From positions 31,912 to 95,911 of IMG/VR virus record IMGVR_UViG_3300050120_000309: a stretch of 64,000 nucleotides of DNA. One strand, given 5' to 3'. Below, one piece after another: positions 28,664 to 38,399 of this stretch (positions within the stretch are counted from its first letter, which is position 1; each line of letters opens with the position of its first letter). The position numbers were made by a program, and so were the translations under genes. Origin of the DNA: a virus. The notes below the pieces were generated by a model. It had not been told where the DNA came from. It did no database searches and saw nothing but the letters and a program-made list of their open reading frames with translations.

Positions 28664-31453
28664 ATGTCCAACAATACCAAGAAGACCCTCGCCCTCGTCA
28701 AGGAAATGGAACTGAAGCCCCGCGTTCGTGTCCCCTACGTCGCAGGTGTTCACAGCCACTTCCACGCCCCAACCATGTTCCACAGCACCTGGGAAACGTC
28801 GAACTTCTTCGACATGTTCCTCCCAGAGGGTGTGAACTATGTTGAGGTGTCTGTACTCGGCCGTACTGAGGATGAACTGGATGCCAACACATCCTGGTTC
28901 GACCACATCGGACGGGAAGGTCTCAAGATCCAAGGTGTTACGCACCGTGTGATCTTCGGTGACTGGGATGACGACGGAGTTGCCATCATGGTGCCGGCGG
29001 ACGCAGTGAAGGGACTTCAAGACCTCGGTCTATCCCTCCAAATCAATGGACCCGCAGATAAGGCTAAGGTACGCAAGTACTTCCGTCGTATCCGCGCGCA
29101 CCACGAATGGGCCATCTCGGGCGCAATCGTTGCCACCAAACAGGTGGAGAATGGTGAGGTACTGACCGTTGCTCCGGATAGCCAGTCGGACATCCGGTTC
29201 GATATGCTCCATGTCGACCTCAAGGGCATGGACCCAATCAACGTAGCACTCGCTGATGGTGTACACCTCATCGATGTCAACCTGTGCCATACCATTGGCC
29301 TGGCCTACGGCATCGATAAGCTCACCAACGTCAAAGTGGGTGATGCGTTCAAGGGAACAGCACTCTCAGGTCTCGGCCTGGGTAAGGGCTTCTTCCATGT
29401 CGTTGAGAACGCAACCTATGGAATCGTCCTGTATGGAGCGAAGAAGCAAGTCACGTTCAGTGAGTTCTTCCTCGGCTCACTCGGAGATGTCAAGGGTGCT
29501 GATGTGGCCTATTCGGACCTTCAGTCAACCATCAACTTCGACTATCACCAGGGCGAAATGCTCTATAACCAGTCCGTCCTGTTCATGCAGGAAGTCATGG
29601 AGGCAATCCACAACGAAGACAAGATGCGCCACGTGTTCCTGACACACATGGCTCCGATCTCCGAGATCCTCAGCAATGAGGAAGATGGCGGTCGTGAGTC
29701 CTGGGTACTGCTCGAAGCACTCCGCAAGGGTGTTCCGGTCAGCGCGCAGGGACCAATGAATCCCGGCCTGTTCCGCAGGGTGGTGCGTCATCTGTTCACA
29801 CACGTGCTCGATGCAACCAAGGGACGTGTTCCCTTGACTGGTATCGTGGGACGTTTCAACCTCATGCCTGACCTCAACTGCTTTCTCGAAGATGGATCTG
29901 TGGACTATCGTCTCAGCTCTATCCCAGCAGAAGCTGTGGTCTGCATGGATCTCGATCAGGGCCCATTGGCCATGTATCGTCAGCCCTCGGGACACAAGAA
30001 GGAGCTGGTCAGCACGAACAATGTGCATGACCGTCGCTTCAAGAAGTTCCGTGGTCAGAACCGTATCATCCTCGGTGCAGATGCACTAGAGTATCTCGCC
30101 ATCATGGGTGGTGGAGATATGGACGATGCGGTCAATGCAACCGTCAACCTGTCCTGGGTGGAGACAATGGCAACTGGGTCATACCCGTTGACTGCACTCC
30201 CCGCGGCACAGAGCACCAAGGCACTCGACGCAGACAACAAGTATCGTCGTGGTCCTGCCTATCCCCGTCAATGGTCGATGATCGACTTCTTCGAAGCAGT
30301 TGCTGCTTCCAAGGAGAAGGCATCCATGTCCATTGGTGTCGTCGTCAACGCAATCATGCTGGATGAACTCCTGTCCGGCGTGCATAAGGAGAACATGCTT
30401 ACCGATATCGCCGATCGCATCGTTGATGCCAAGGATGAGTCGGAGAAGCATGACCTCCGTGTCGCCTATGACTGGCTCCGCAACCGTGAGGATCGTATCC
30501 TCCGTGTCGTGGCTTCCAATCTGGAGGCATTCATCGATCAGAGCAAGACTGGTGCAGGTGATGCTGCTGTATTGGCATCATTCACCGCTCTCATCAACGA
30601 GGTCCGTAACAACAGCATGGTGATCCCCTCGTCGTTCATGATCAAGAACAACAAGGGCCGTGAGCGTGTGCCAGCTAAGCGTCTCATGGATATGGACTTC
30701 ATCACAGCGCCCTCGCTCGTCTGCGAGACGCTCAACCGTATCAAGTTCGAAGCCGATCAGATGCAGGAGGCTCTGGTCGAGGAGCAGTGGCTCAACGTGG
30801 ACAGCATTCCTGACTCGTTGGACGCAGCATTCCCACGCAGCAAAGCACACCGTGAGGAGGCATTCGAGCTCCGTATGGCATGGGGTGAGGCATTTCAATC
30901 CCAGCCCAATGCAGACCTGGCGATTCGCTATAAGAACGCCATAGATAACGTGGTCAAACCAGCCTTCTTGAACAAGGAATTGTTCGAAGAGGACAAGGTT
31001 CAGATCGCAGTGGAGCATGCTCGTCTCACCTACCGTGGTCGCAAGACTCAGGCAGAGCGTGGCGAGAATGGTCGGTTCCGGAACTACCCTGATGGGCTGC
31101 TCTGGACCAACACCATCGGTCTGTACTACATCAAGGCGCTCGAAGAGGCTGGACTTACCGGTCTGTATGTACCGGTTCAGTTCGATCGCTGGAGCCGCAA
31201 CCTCAGCCGTGGTGCATTTGATGTCCGGGTCGTAGCCGGCATCGTTCTGCGCGCGGAAGATGACATGATGCTCGGAACCACGTTCAATGTCCTCGATGAA
31301 GTAGAGGATGGTATCTATCCCATGATCGATGGCATGATCACCGTCCAGGCACCTGCAGCTGAACTGCGGGCGCCTCGCAACATCGTCAATGAGTCGTTCG
31401 ACAACCCCATGGAGCTGGACTTCGATCTTGATGAAGTCTTTGCCCGTGGCTAG
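28664..31453 (+). CDS. Single-subunit two-barrel RNA polymerase (YonO/QDE-1-like) with DxDD catalytic loop
   Basis: Ordered motifs LADGVHLI, GLGKGFFHV, KK, YRQP, MGGGDMDD, SIGVVVN and AFIDQSKTG parallel the DG, KG, K, RxP, GGDxDGD, LG.I.N and AVDxxKTG motifs of cellular RdRP-family polymerases; AAGGAG RBS before ATG 28664. Confidence 0.75.
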   Translation: MSNNTKKTLALVKEMELKPRVRVPYVAGVHSHFHAPTMFHSTWETSNFFDMFLPEGVNYVEVSVLGRTEDELDANTSWFDHIGREGLKIQGVTHRVIFGDWDDDGVAIMVPADAVKGLQDLGLSLQINGPADKAKVRKYFRRIRAHHEWAISGAIVATKQVENGEVLTVAPDSQSDIRFDMLHVDLKGMDPINVALADGVHLIDVNLCHTIGLAYGIDKLTNVKVGDAFKGTALSGLGLGKGFFHVVENATYGIVLYGAKKQVTFSEFFLGSLGDVKGADVAYSDLQSTINFDYHQGEMLYNQSVLFMQEVMEAIHNEDKMRHVFLTHMAPISEILSNEEDGGRESWVLLEALRKGVPVSAQGPMNPGLFRRVVRHLFTHVLDATKGRVPLTGIVGRFNLMPDLNCFLEDGSVDYRLSSIPAEAVVCMDLDQGPLAMYRQPSGHKKELVSTNNVHDRRFKKFRGQNRIILGADALEYLAIMGGGDMDDAVNATVNLSWVETMATGSYPLTALPAAQSTKALDADNKYRRGPAYPRQWSMIDFFEAVAASKEKASMSIGVVVNAIMLDELLSGVHKENMLTDIADRIVDAKDESEKHDLRVAYDWLRNREDRILRVVASNLEAFIDQSKTGAGDAAVLASFTALINEVRNNSMVIPSSFMIKNNKGRERVPAKRLMDMDFITAPSLVCETLNRIKFEADQMQEALVEEQWLNVDSIPDSLDAAFPRSKAHREEAFELRMAWGEAFQSQPNADLAIRYKNAIDNVVKPAFLNKELFEEDKVQIAVEHARLTYRGRKTQAERGENGRFRNYPDGLLWTNTIGLYYIKALEEAGLTGLYVPVQFDRWSRNLSRGAFDVRVVAGIVLRAEDDMMLGTTFNVLDEVEDGIYPMIDGMITVQAPAAELRAPRNIVNESFDNPMELDFDLDEVFARG

Positions 31454-31810
31454 CACCGCAACCTGTGCGGTGAATAGAAGCCTTATTCACCGCATGGGCA
31501 ACCCAACGGACCGGGTTGAATGCCTCATATGCTGCGCTTATGACCCATAAAGGGCCTATATGCCTCGTATATGAGTCATTCACGCCGGCCTGAGTGGATA
31601 TACCACCAGACTTACCGGATGTTCTGATCCACACCAATACGGGGCCAGTGAAGTCGCCCTGGATGTCGTATTGAATGGAAATAGAGCACATGACACCACA
31701 CCCTGCCCGCTAACGCGCGCATCTGGTCGTGGCCTCCTAGCTGGTGAAGCCCGTGAAACGGAAGTAAGGGTAGTGGAAGTGAGAACTAAACACTTCTCCT
31801 GATTAGCGCT
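31454..31810 (+). ncRNA. Candidate structured RNA element downstream of the polymerase gene
   Basis: About 400 nt without a credible ORF, containing at least six consecutive stems (see findings). Confidence 0.5.
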
Positions 31811-31849
31811 CACACCCCACCCCAATACCTTCAACACAGGAGATTTCAC

Positions 31850-32080
31850 ATGAAAGCTGCCTTCGACATCACATTCGTTGACGTGCGCCTGCCCAATAAG
31901 CAGAAGCGCCAGCACTTAGTCCTTCGGGCCGACAACCAGAAGCAAGCACGGGAGCTATTCGGCTCACAGAAGGGCTCTGACTTCAAGGCTCTGTCTGTCG
32001 ATGAGGTATTGGCTACGGTCAGCCCTGCATCGCTGGAAATGCTCACCACTCGGTTCAAGGACCATCGAATCGCAGCCTAG
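31850..32080 (+). CDS. Hypothetical protein
   Basis: 76 aa, AGGAG RBS. Confidence 0.65.
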   Translation: MKAAFDITFVDVRLPNKQKRQHLVLRADNQKQARELFGSQKGSDFKALSVDEVLATVSPASLEMLTTRFKDHRIAA

Positions 32081-32178
32081 TACATCCCTCAGAGGAGGGT
32101 CGTAGAGCTCCACAGAGCGGCCCTCTTTCTGACGCCTAAATACCATGTATCCACAAGATCTTGTATGGGAGATTCATC

Positions 32179-32568
32179 ATGACCGGTTCAGGTACTGCTG
32201 TTACACGCCTTTGGTCTCACGCGGCATCATGCCCACACTGCAACGCCAATCTGATCCAGTCAGAGATCCCACAGGCTGATCGCCACAACTATCTCCCCAT
32301 GGTGAAGGATGAAACCACTGGCAGATTCGTCGATGGATCGGATGATGGCAGGAAACTGTACTTCTACCGGATCATTGGGATGAGCAGCATGCTGTTCGAC
32401 CGGGTGCTGGCATGGTCCTGCCCTGACTGCAAGGTCACAGACGTGATCCCGGGCATGGAAGCCAAGTGGGCAGAAGAACAGGCCTATTGGGCTGAGCGTG
32501 GGGCTGCTGCGGCTCGCCGTATGCAGGACGCTACCAACAAGGCTATCGATCGAGCATCTGCGGCCTGA
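32179..32568 (+). CDS. Zn-finger hypothetical protein
   Basis: CPHC...CPDC; GGGAG RBS. Confidence 0.65.
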   Translation: MTGSGTAVTRLWSHAASCPHCNANLIQSEIPQADRHNYLPMVKDETTGRFVDGSDDGRKLYFYRIIGMSSMLFDRVLAWSCPDCKVTDVIPGMEAKWAEEQAYWAERGAAAARRMQDATNKAIDRASAA

Positions 32569-32738
32569 ACCTGCCCTCGCGCGTGCGTGAGATGTGATTT
32601 GGTGTGTGGGAGGTGAGGCACCTAGTCTAATCATCACCTTCGGTCCTCTAATTCCCATACCACCTCACCAAAGCCTTCCATATCTATGACTTCTCATAGA
32701 TCAACGCTTCGCTCACCACATACTCAGAGGAGATCTAT

Positions 32739-32924
32739 ATGCCTGAGAAGGACCGCATGGTCCCTGCTACCGCTGCATGTACTGAGGACAAGTTTGCCTT
32801 CAAGGATACTGTCCTTCAGTTCCCATGGCCTGACGCTGCTGTATGGCTTACGGTCAATCGAGGTCTTAGCCTGAATGGGGCGATTTCATACCTTACAGAG
32901 TTGGAAGCTGAAGCATTCAGCTAG
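32739..32924 (+). CDS. Hypothetical protein
   Basis: 61 aa, GAGGAG RBS. Confidence 0.55.
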   Translation: MPEKDRMVPATAACTEDKFAFKDTVLQFPWPDAAVWLTVNRGLSLNGAISYLTELEAEAFS

Positions 32925-32929
32925 GAGAG

Positions 32930-33232
32930 ATGATGTCTGATAGCTATGAGAAACCCTTCAAGCTTTCACCTCTTCCAATGAATGCTGACTACACTCGGAT
33001 TGAGCAGAGGTTGATTGCTCATTATGTCACTATGTTGGGTAGTCTCATGGGACCTGCTCACAAGTGGATCTATGATCGCTGTGGGTTCTATATCATTCAG
33101 GGCACAGTGTTTACCGCGCCGAATGCTGATGAGCCCATGACCTTTCATATCCCAACTGGTCGAGAGATCGCTCTCTACAACATGCTTCTGATCTGCTATG
33201 AACAGTCAGATGCTCGTTTGATCAAGTTCTGA
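32930..33232 (+). CDS. Hypothetical protein
   Basis: 100 aa, AGGAG RBS. Confidence 0.55.
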   Translation: MMSDSYEKPFKLSPLPMNADYTRIEQRLIAHYVTMLGSLMGPAHKWIYDRCGFYIIQGTVFTAPNADEPMTFHIPTGREIALYNMLLICYEQSDARLIKF

Positions 33233-33355
33233 AAGGAGATCCATGCATGAACTGTGGGTCTCGTTGAAAGAGATTGGTGTTTGGGCCTGGCCATGGATCC
33301 TATTATGGCTAGGGACCTGTTTACTGGTTCATCGTATGGATCGTAGGAGTACATA

Positions 33356-33568
33356 ATGGCTGAAGCTCGTGCTCAGGAATTTCAAGCTGAGCAGCGTGCC
33401 TTCTTTGATAAGGCATTGCTCGCAGGTTTGGTAGCAGTCACGGCTGGTTGGCAATCCGGCGGACGTCTCAATACAACCCAGATGGAGAAGATCACGGATG
33501 ATGCTGTCCTTATAGCTCTGGAACTGACTCGTAAGCGTCAGGTGCAGTTCGACAATGGAGAGATCTGA
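33356..33568 (+). CDS. Hypothetical protein
   Basis: 70 aa, AGGAG RBS. Confidence 0.6.
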   Translation: MAEARAQEFQAEQRAFFDKALLAGLVAVTAGWQSGGRLNTTQMEKITDDAVLIALELTRKRQVQFDNGEI

Positions 33569-33790
33569 TGAGGTTACTTCGCTGGCTTCATCCATTCCAT
33601 TGGTGGTCTCCTTGGACTACCGGATCTCATCCGGGATTGTCTCGAGAGGAACGGTTCTGTTACCTCTGTGGTGAGTGGCGTGGAAGGCTTGCTTAGGCTG
33701 CCGAACCTCACACAACACATTAGATCCACAAGTTTGTAGGGCGGGCTTTACCTGTCATTCGTCGGAAACTATCCGGATTCGAATGAACAC
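33568..33790 (+). ncRNA. Candidate structured intergenic RNA
   Basis: Closing stem TGAGGTT/AACCTCA around hairpins GGTGGTC/GACTACC and GAGG-AACGG/CTGTT-CCTC, then TCATTCG/CGAATGA. Confidence 0.35.
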
Positions 33791-34098
33791 CGTCTTTGAT
33801 GTGCCATGAGCAGGTGTGTGCCGAGCCAATCCTTCGCAATCATGAGGGGCAAAGTATAGGGGCAATCCCTCTGTGCAATCGAACCGTTGAGACGTACAAG
33901 GGGCCTTGGTGGCCGAAGACACCATTGAGAATACAATCCCTCGCTGTTCCGAGCACATCAGCCGGGCATGGCTTCAACGAAGTGGGCAAGTGGCTAACGC
34001 TGATATAAGCCATGAAGCATCGAGGCATTCCCGGTACTAGTGACGGGTCTGCCCTACAAGAACTATCTGTTCTATCCCAACACTCAAGGAGATTCGTT

Positions 34099-34320
34099 AT
34101 GGCAGGTTCGCTTTCTGTACTTCTACAGGTCAATGAAGCTCGTCATGCCCTGTGCCGCGCTCAACAGCTCTGGGGTGATACAGCATTCGTTCTCGATCAG
34201 TCTGACCTGAATACCAAGATGTTCATTGTCTCTGCCGGCGGTAAGACTATCCGTGCATACGGTGAGGGTGAGTCTTGGGATGAGGCATTCATTGCAGCTG
34301 GTGAGTCACTGTTCCCTTGA
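34099..34320 (+). CDS. Hypothetical protein
   Basis: AAGGAG RBS before ATG 34099. Confidence 0.6.
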   Translation: MAGSLSVLLQVNEARHALCRAQQLWGDTAFVLDQSDLNTKMFIVSAGGKTIRAYGEGESWDEAFIAAGESLFP

Positions 34321-34659
34321 ACCTAAGGTGTTCTCTGTATGGTACGTGCTGCTACGGAAAGGGAAGATCAAAGAACGATATGAACGCTATCTATCACTCT
34401 GTGTGGGCTTTGCTCGCCATGCTCTTGCCGAAGCATGCTCACTAATGGTCGGCCGGAGAACCCGGTCACTACCGCGCGCATCGAGACCGCCAAGCTGAAC
34501 CAATACATCAATCAAATGATCTTTGAGATCGTTGGTCCAGTTCATATCCTCAACATCTTCAATCCAGTAGAGAATGGCCCAGCCGATCTGGCTTGGAAGA
34601 AACTGCTGGTCGGTCAATCTCTGTAATCCGATCCCACAATTCAGAAAGGGGCTACGCCA

Positions 34660-35187
34660 ATGCGTCGTCTATGTATCAGTATGCTTGTCAGTTTGGCGAT
34701 GTTGGTTCCCACCACATCGTTTGCACAGAACGTCGCTATGGTTGATGCACCTTCAACTGTTTCGTCGTCCTCGATGGACAACAATACCAACCATGTCATC
34801 TCCTATGACGCCTTTGGTGTCATCCTGCCTCCACATGTGAGTCCCAAGCCGAAGTTCGACAAGGTACTTGGTGGACTGTGGGCTGTTGATCTCACCGCCA
34901 GACTGGTGGATGCACAGACCACGCACACTTTCCTCTCGAATCCATGCAAATGCTTCGCTGAGGGAGATCCATTGGCGCCTGGTAGCCCAAATTGGGGACA
35001 TCTATTGCCGTTCCAGTTCGGTATATGGGCGGCAGTAACTGTTACCAGCTATGAGCTGAGCAAGCATCGACATCGGCAAATAGCAAGGCTCCTTGCTTCT
35101 GGCGACAGTGGAATGGAGATCCAAGCGGATATCCACAACATGGGGTTGCATGCACCTTTGGTTCAAACGGCAACTTCAGTAAAGTGA
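34660..35187 (+). CDS. Secreted/membrane protein
   Basis: Signal peptide ending SFA-Q, DAPS linker and hydrophobic helices. Confidence 0.65.
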   Translation: MRRLCISMLVSLAMLVPTTSFAQNVAMVDAPSTVSSSSMDNNTNHVISYDAFGVILPPHVSPKPKFDKVLGGLWAVDLTARLVDAQTTHTFLSNPCKCFAEGDPLAPGSPNWGHLLPFQFGIWAAVTVTSYELSKHRHRQIARLLASGDSGMEIQADIHNMGLHAPLVQTATSVK

Positions 35188-35495
35188 GCTCCATGACCGC
35201 TGCATATCCTGAAGAGCATCCGGAGAAGAAGACGCCGGTGCTCGATGTTGAGATCGATACTTCCAATACAGTCCAGCTCGAAAAGAGCATGGCTGAAGTG
35301 GATGCTATTGCCACCCATAAACCTGATCAACTCGAGAAGGATGTTCGTGCCAGTCTCAAGGAGATCCATGAATTCCATGGAGCTAAGTTCTTGAAGAACC
35401 CACCTGCCGAGAAGTTCATGAAGGCCACTTATTTGGCCGATCTGAAGTTCCGAGAGATGGATCATCTTCTGTTTGCTCAGCAACATCAGGGGTAG
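35184..35495 (+). CDS. Hypothetical protein
   Basis: 103 aa, coupled to the upstream gene. Confidence 0.55.
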   Translation: MSSMTAAYPEEHPEKKTPVLDVEIDTSNTVQLEKSMAEVDAIATHKPDQLEKDVRASLKEIHEFHGAKFLKNPPAEKFMKATYLADLKFREMDHLLFAQQHQG

Positions 35496-35670
35496 GAACG
35501 CCCCAGATACTGCAGTCTCCTCTGCAGTGGACAGTTCCCATCCGCCGGTATGTATGACCGGCACCCTTTAGTACTGCGACTGTTGTCACATGTATCGATG
35601 AAGTGAAAGGAGTTCTAGCCTATGGCTGGTTCCGGCTCGCTTGATGATTCATTCAAGCCAACGTAACCAC
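35493..35670 (+). ncRNA. Candidate structured intergenic RNA
   Basis: Hairpins ACTGCAG-TCTCCT-CTGCAGT and GCCGGT/ACCGGC inside longer-range pairs GATAC/GTATC and ACAGT/ACTGT. Confidence 0.35.
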
Positions 35671-35727
35671 TACACCTCACTCACAACCTAATTCGCGCTG
35701 CACCACACAGCATCAGCAACACCAATC

Positions 35728-35751
35728 AGCTCACCCTAACCGGTGGGCTTT
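35728..35751 (+). terminator. Hairpin with CTAACC loop
   Basis: GCTCACC-CTAACC-GGTGGGC-TTT. Confidence 0.65.
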
Positions 35752-35795
35752 CGTCGTTCTACGCACCGTTCACTGAAGATCACAAGGAGATCATC

Positions 35796-35981
35796 ATGGC
35801 AAGCAAAGGCTGGACTGCATCGCAATCGAGGGGTTTTCTGCGCAACAATGCGCCTGTTGAGTACGCGCAGCGCTACACCGACACCACTCCCTCAAGCCAC
35901 ATGCCAGTAACGCTGGCTCAGGTTGTTTTCGTCCCCAACTCCAGACTTCGGCCGAGAGCTGATCGCCTGGTCCGGGCTTAG
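35796..35981 (+). CDS. Hypothetical protein
   Basis: 61 aa, AAGGAG RBS. Confidence 0.6.
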   Translation: MASKGWTASQSRGFLRNNAPVEYAQRYTDTTPSSHMPVTLAQVVFVPNSRLRPRADRLVRA

Positions 35982-36121
35982 TACTAGATACAGACATTGA
36001 GAAGCCGTGTGCTGCCCTTGGTTGGACGAGTAATCGATTTCCAAGGGACAGCAGCTCTGTGGTAGCAGGGCGCGTTCGTTGAGGACTGCCTATATCCTCA
36101 ACACCATTCTGAAAGGGCCTC

Positions 36122-36349
36122 ATGGCTAAGAAGACATTCATTTGCATCGAGGGTCCTTTGGCTGGTCAACAGCTGGAGGATCCTCAGACCGATTACATGC
36201 GCTTCAGCCGATCAACGGACACCTTCAACAACACCTATCCCTCGGGGATTTGGACCAAGGAATATGCCGATGGCAATTTCCCGTCCGGTGTGCTCATCCA
36301 CCGCTCAGTATTCGCTGAGCTACTCGCTGGTCTCGCAACTCAGGAGTAA
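36122..36349 (+). CDS. Hypothetical protein
   Basis: 75 aa, CIEGPLAG N-terminus common in small phage proteins. Confidence 0.6.
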   Translation: MAKKTFICIEGPLAGQQLEDPQTDYMRFSRSTDTFNNTYPSGIWTKEYADGNFPSGVLIHRSVFAELLAGLATQE

Positions 36350-37233
36350 CAATGATCTGCTCACTCTGTCGTGATGCCATCTTTTTCCAGCCTGATCGAC
36401 ATCGTGATCGTTACTACCACTCTGGTCAGGTCAGTAAGGAACGGTATCTCGTACACGTTCAATTCGGATGCTTCAACAAAGCAGTGCCTGCAAAGTGGTA
36501 GCGATGAACGGCGATCTAACCATTCCTGCAATCACGTCTCTTGAGCCGTGCCATTGCCATTCGTCCACAGCAATCTGTGGATGTATCTCGAGAGGTTCCG
36601 GAGAACTGGACTTTCTTGGTCTCTGGGAGAATGAGTGCCCTCATGGGCATGCATTCCAACCATGGGATCATCCCTGCATTATTCACCCTGGTGTGCTCTT
36701 GAACCCACCTCTTCCGCCGAAGCACCGAGCGATTCTTGGTGCCATTATGGCGACCGTATTGGGAATCTGGGTGGCTTTGATTCATCCCCACCTCTCATCC
36801 CTCCTCCACTAATATGGCCCGCAGAGTCCCCATACTCGGCATGACAACAACAATCTGTTCGATGGCTCATACGGTGGAAGAGCACGCTGACTGCTACAGC
36901 TCAGCCTTCTCCAGTGGCCGTGTGTTCCAGTGCAAATGCAAGTGTCACCAGTCCAAGCAGATCAATCTGTTTGGCTCAAAGAGAAGATAGGAAACACTCA
37001 GCTATGGAAACACATCCCGGTTTATGCATCGCAGCCTTCTTTACCTTCGTCGTCGTTGGATGGATCGGGCGGTGCATTTGGATATGCAGGCATGACGTGG
37101 TCACAGTCAATACCACCTGTAAGGGTGGATGCTCGCTGAAGTCAACAGTTTAGCTGGTCTGGACTCCTTGGGACCGGTTATCGAGGGGCAGTTGTGGAAC
37201 TGCCCCTCTCAATCACCTATTCGCAGAGGCCCT

Positions 37234-37512
37234 ATGAAACCCAGCATCATCGACGTCGTGCAGCGCTATGGCTTCATGCCAGCCAAGCCAATCATTGAAG
37301 CTCAACACTTCTCTGAATGGCAGCACCCTTCTGTTCGCAATGCAAAGGACAGACAGTGCTCAGTCATGGTCTTCGGCAATCGTGCCGTTGTCCACTGTGC
37401 CAAGGGTGATCCGCACTACACAACTTCAGCCAGTGACGTTGAGTTCATGCTCCGTACTGAGTTCCCCATGTTCATGGCGCAACCAGCAGTACTTCAGGCT
37501 GCTAACGCCTAA
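37234..37512 (+). CDS. Hypothetical protein
   Basis: GAGG RBS before ATG 37234. Confidence 0.6.
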   Translation: MKPSIIDVVQRYGFMPAKPIIEAQHFSEWQHPSVRNAKDRQCSVMVFGNRAVVHCAKGDPHYTTSASDVEFMLRTEFPMFMAQPAVLQAANA

Positions 37513-37537
37513 CGATGTATCAGCAGATGAGCCACTT

Positions 37538-37568
37538 GAGCCCGCCCTAACCGGCGGGCTTTCTCTTT
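37538..37568 (+). terminator. Hairpin with CTAACC loop
   Basis: AGCCCGCC-CTAACC-GGCGGGCT-TTCTCTTT. Confidence 0.7.
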
Positions 37569-37599
37569 GCCATTCAACCGAATCACGAAAGGAACCACC

Positions 37600-38007
37600 A
37601 TGTCACAACATGGCATCAAGCTCTCGCGCCCACAGAATGCTCTCCCCGTAGAGCTCCGTCAGCGCAATAGCGATCTTGACGTCCTCATCTCTCTCGCGGG
37701 TACCGCAGCAGAGAACCAGTCCTTCGGCTTCCAGTCCCAAGTTCGTGTGGCTCGCCGACTCATTCGACAGAACTGTTCCAGCTATCGCCCCAGCACTGCA
37801 TTTGCAGAAGCAGTTGTCTGTGGCTCTGGTGAGAAAGACGGCACCCCAGCAAAGGGCAGCCAGTGTTTCACCTGCCGTGCAGGCCAGTTCTCTCAGAGCG
37901 GCTTCTTCACCGGTGAAGAGCAGCCACCTCAGTCCCCCCGTGACTGCATAGTTCCACCTTGGAACGATCCTGACATTCAACCAGCAATGGTTCAATCCGT
38001 TACCTAG
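37600..38007 (+). CDS. Cys-containing hypothetical protein
   Basis: AAGGA RBS; C...C...CxxC...C pattern. Confidence 0.6.
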   Translation: MSQHGIKLSRPQNALPVELRQRNSDLDVLISLAGTAAENQSFGFQSQVRVARRLIRQNCSSYRPSTAFAEAVVCGSGEKDGTPAKGSQCFTCRAGQFSQSGFFTGEEQPPQSPRDCIVPPWNDPDIQPAMVQSVT

Positions 38008-38048
38008 ACGGTCATCTGGGCAAATCAAACAACGAAAGCAGGCAACAC

Positions 38049-38399
38049 ATGAGCGGTATCCTTCTCAGCAACACTCGTCGTCGCATCTCCGCCACCATCG
38101 GCGGCAAAGTCGTTTCCTCCCTTGAGTCTGGCCCGGCTATTGTCGGTGGCAAGCTCTTGCGCATCTCCGAAGGCCGCGAAGGCGGTAGCAAGACCGACGG
38201 CTCGGCGTATGTCGTCGCGCATGTGCAGGTGAATCCCGGCACGGTTATCCGTGTTGCGGGGTATGGACCGGATCAGGTCGCGCAGATCAATGCCATCCAG
38301 CCGGATGGTACTTTCAGCGCATTCCTGAGCGGTATGGGTCGTGGCGGCTACAAGCTCGTCGAGTTCGACAAACCGGCTGATTCTCAGCCGGCGGCGTAG
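38049..38399 (+). CDS. Hypothetical beta-rich protein
   Basis: 116 aa with strong codon bias. Confidence 0.65.
   Translation: MSGILLSNTRRRISATIGGKVVSSLESGPAIVGGKLLRISEGREGGSKTDGSAYVVAHVQVNPGTVIRVAGYGPDQVAQINAIQPDGTFSAFLSGMGRGGYKLVEFDKPADSQPAA

Noticed and set aside
31730-31775. GCCTCCTAGCTGG resembles the P3/L3 core of HDV-like ribozymes
   Set aside because: I could not find matching P1, P1.1 or P2 pairings, so the fold is unsupported.
36860-36950. Segment ending in CACCA that looked tRNA-like
   Set aside because: There is no T-arm GTTC or cloverleaf. It reads better as part of a 49-codon Cys-rich ORF starting at 36841.
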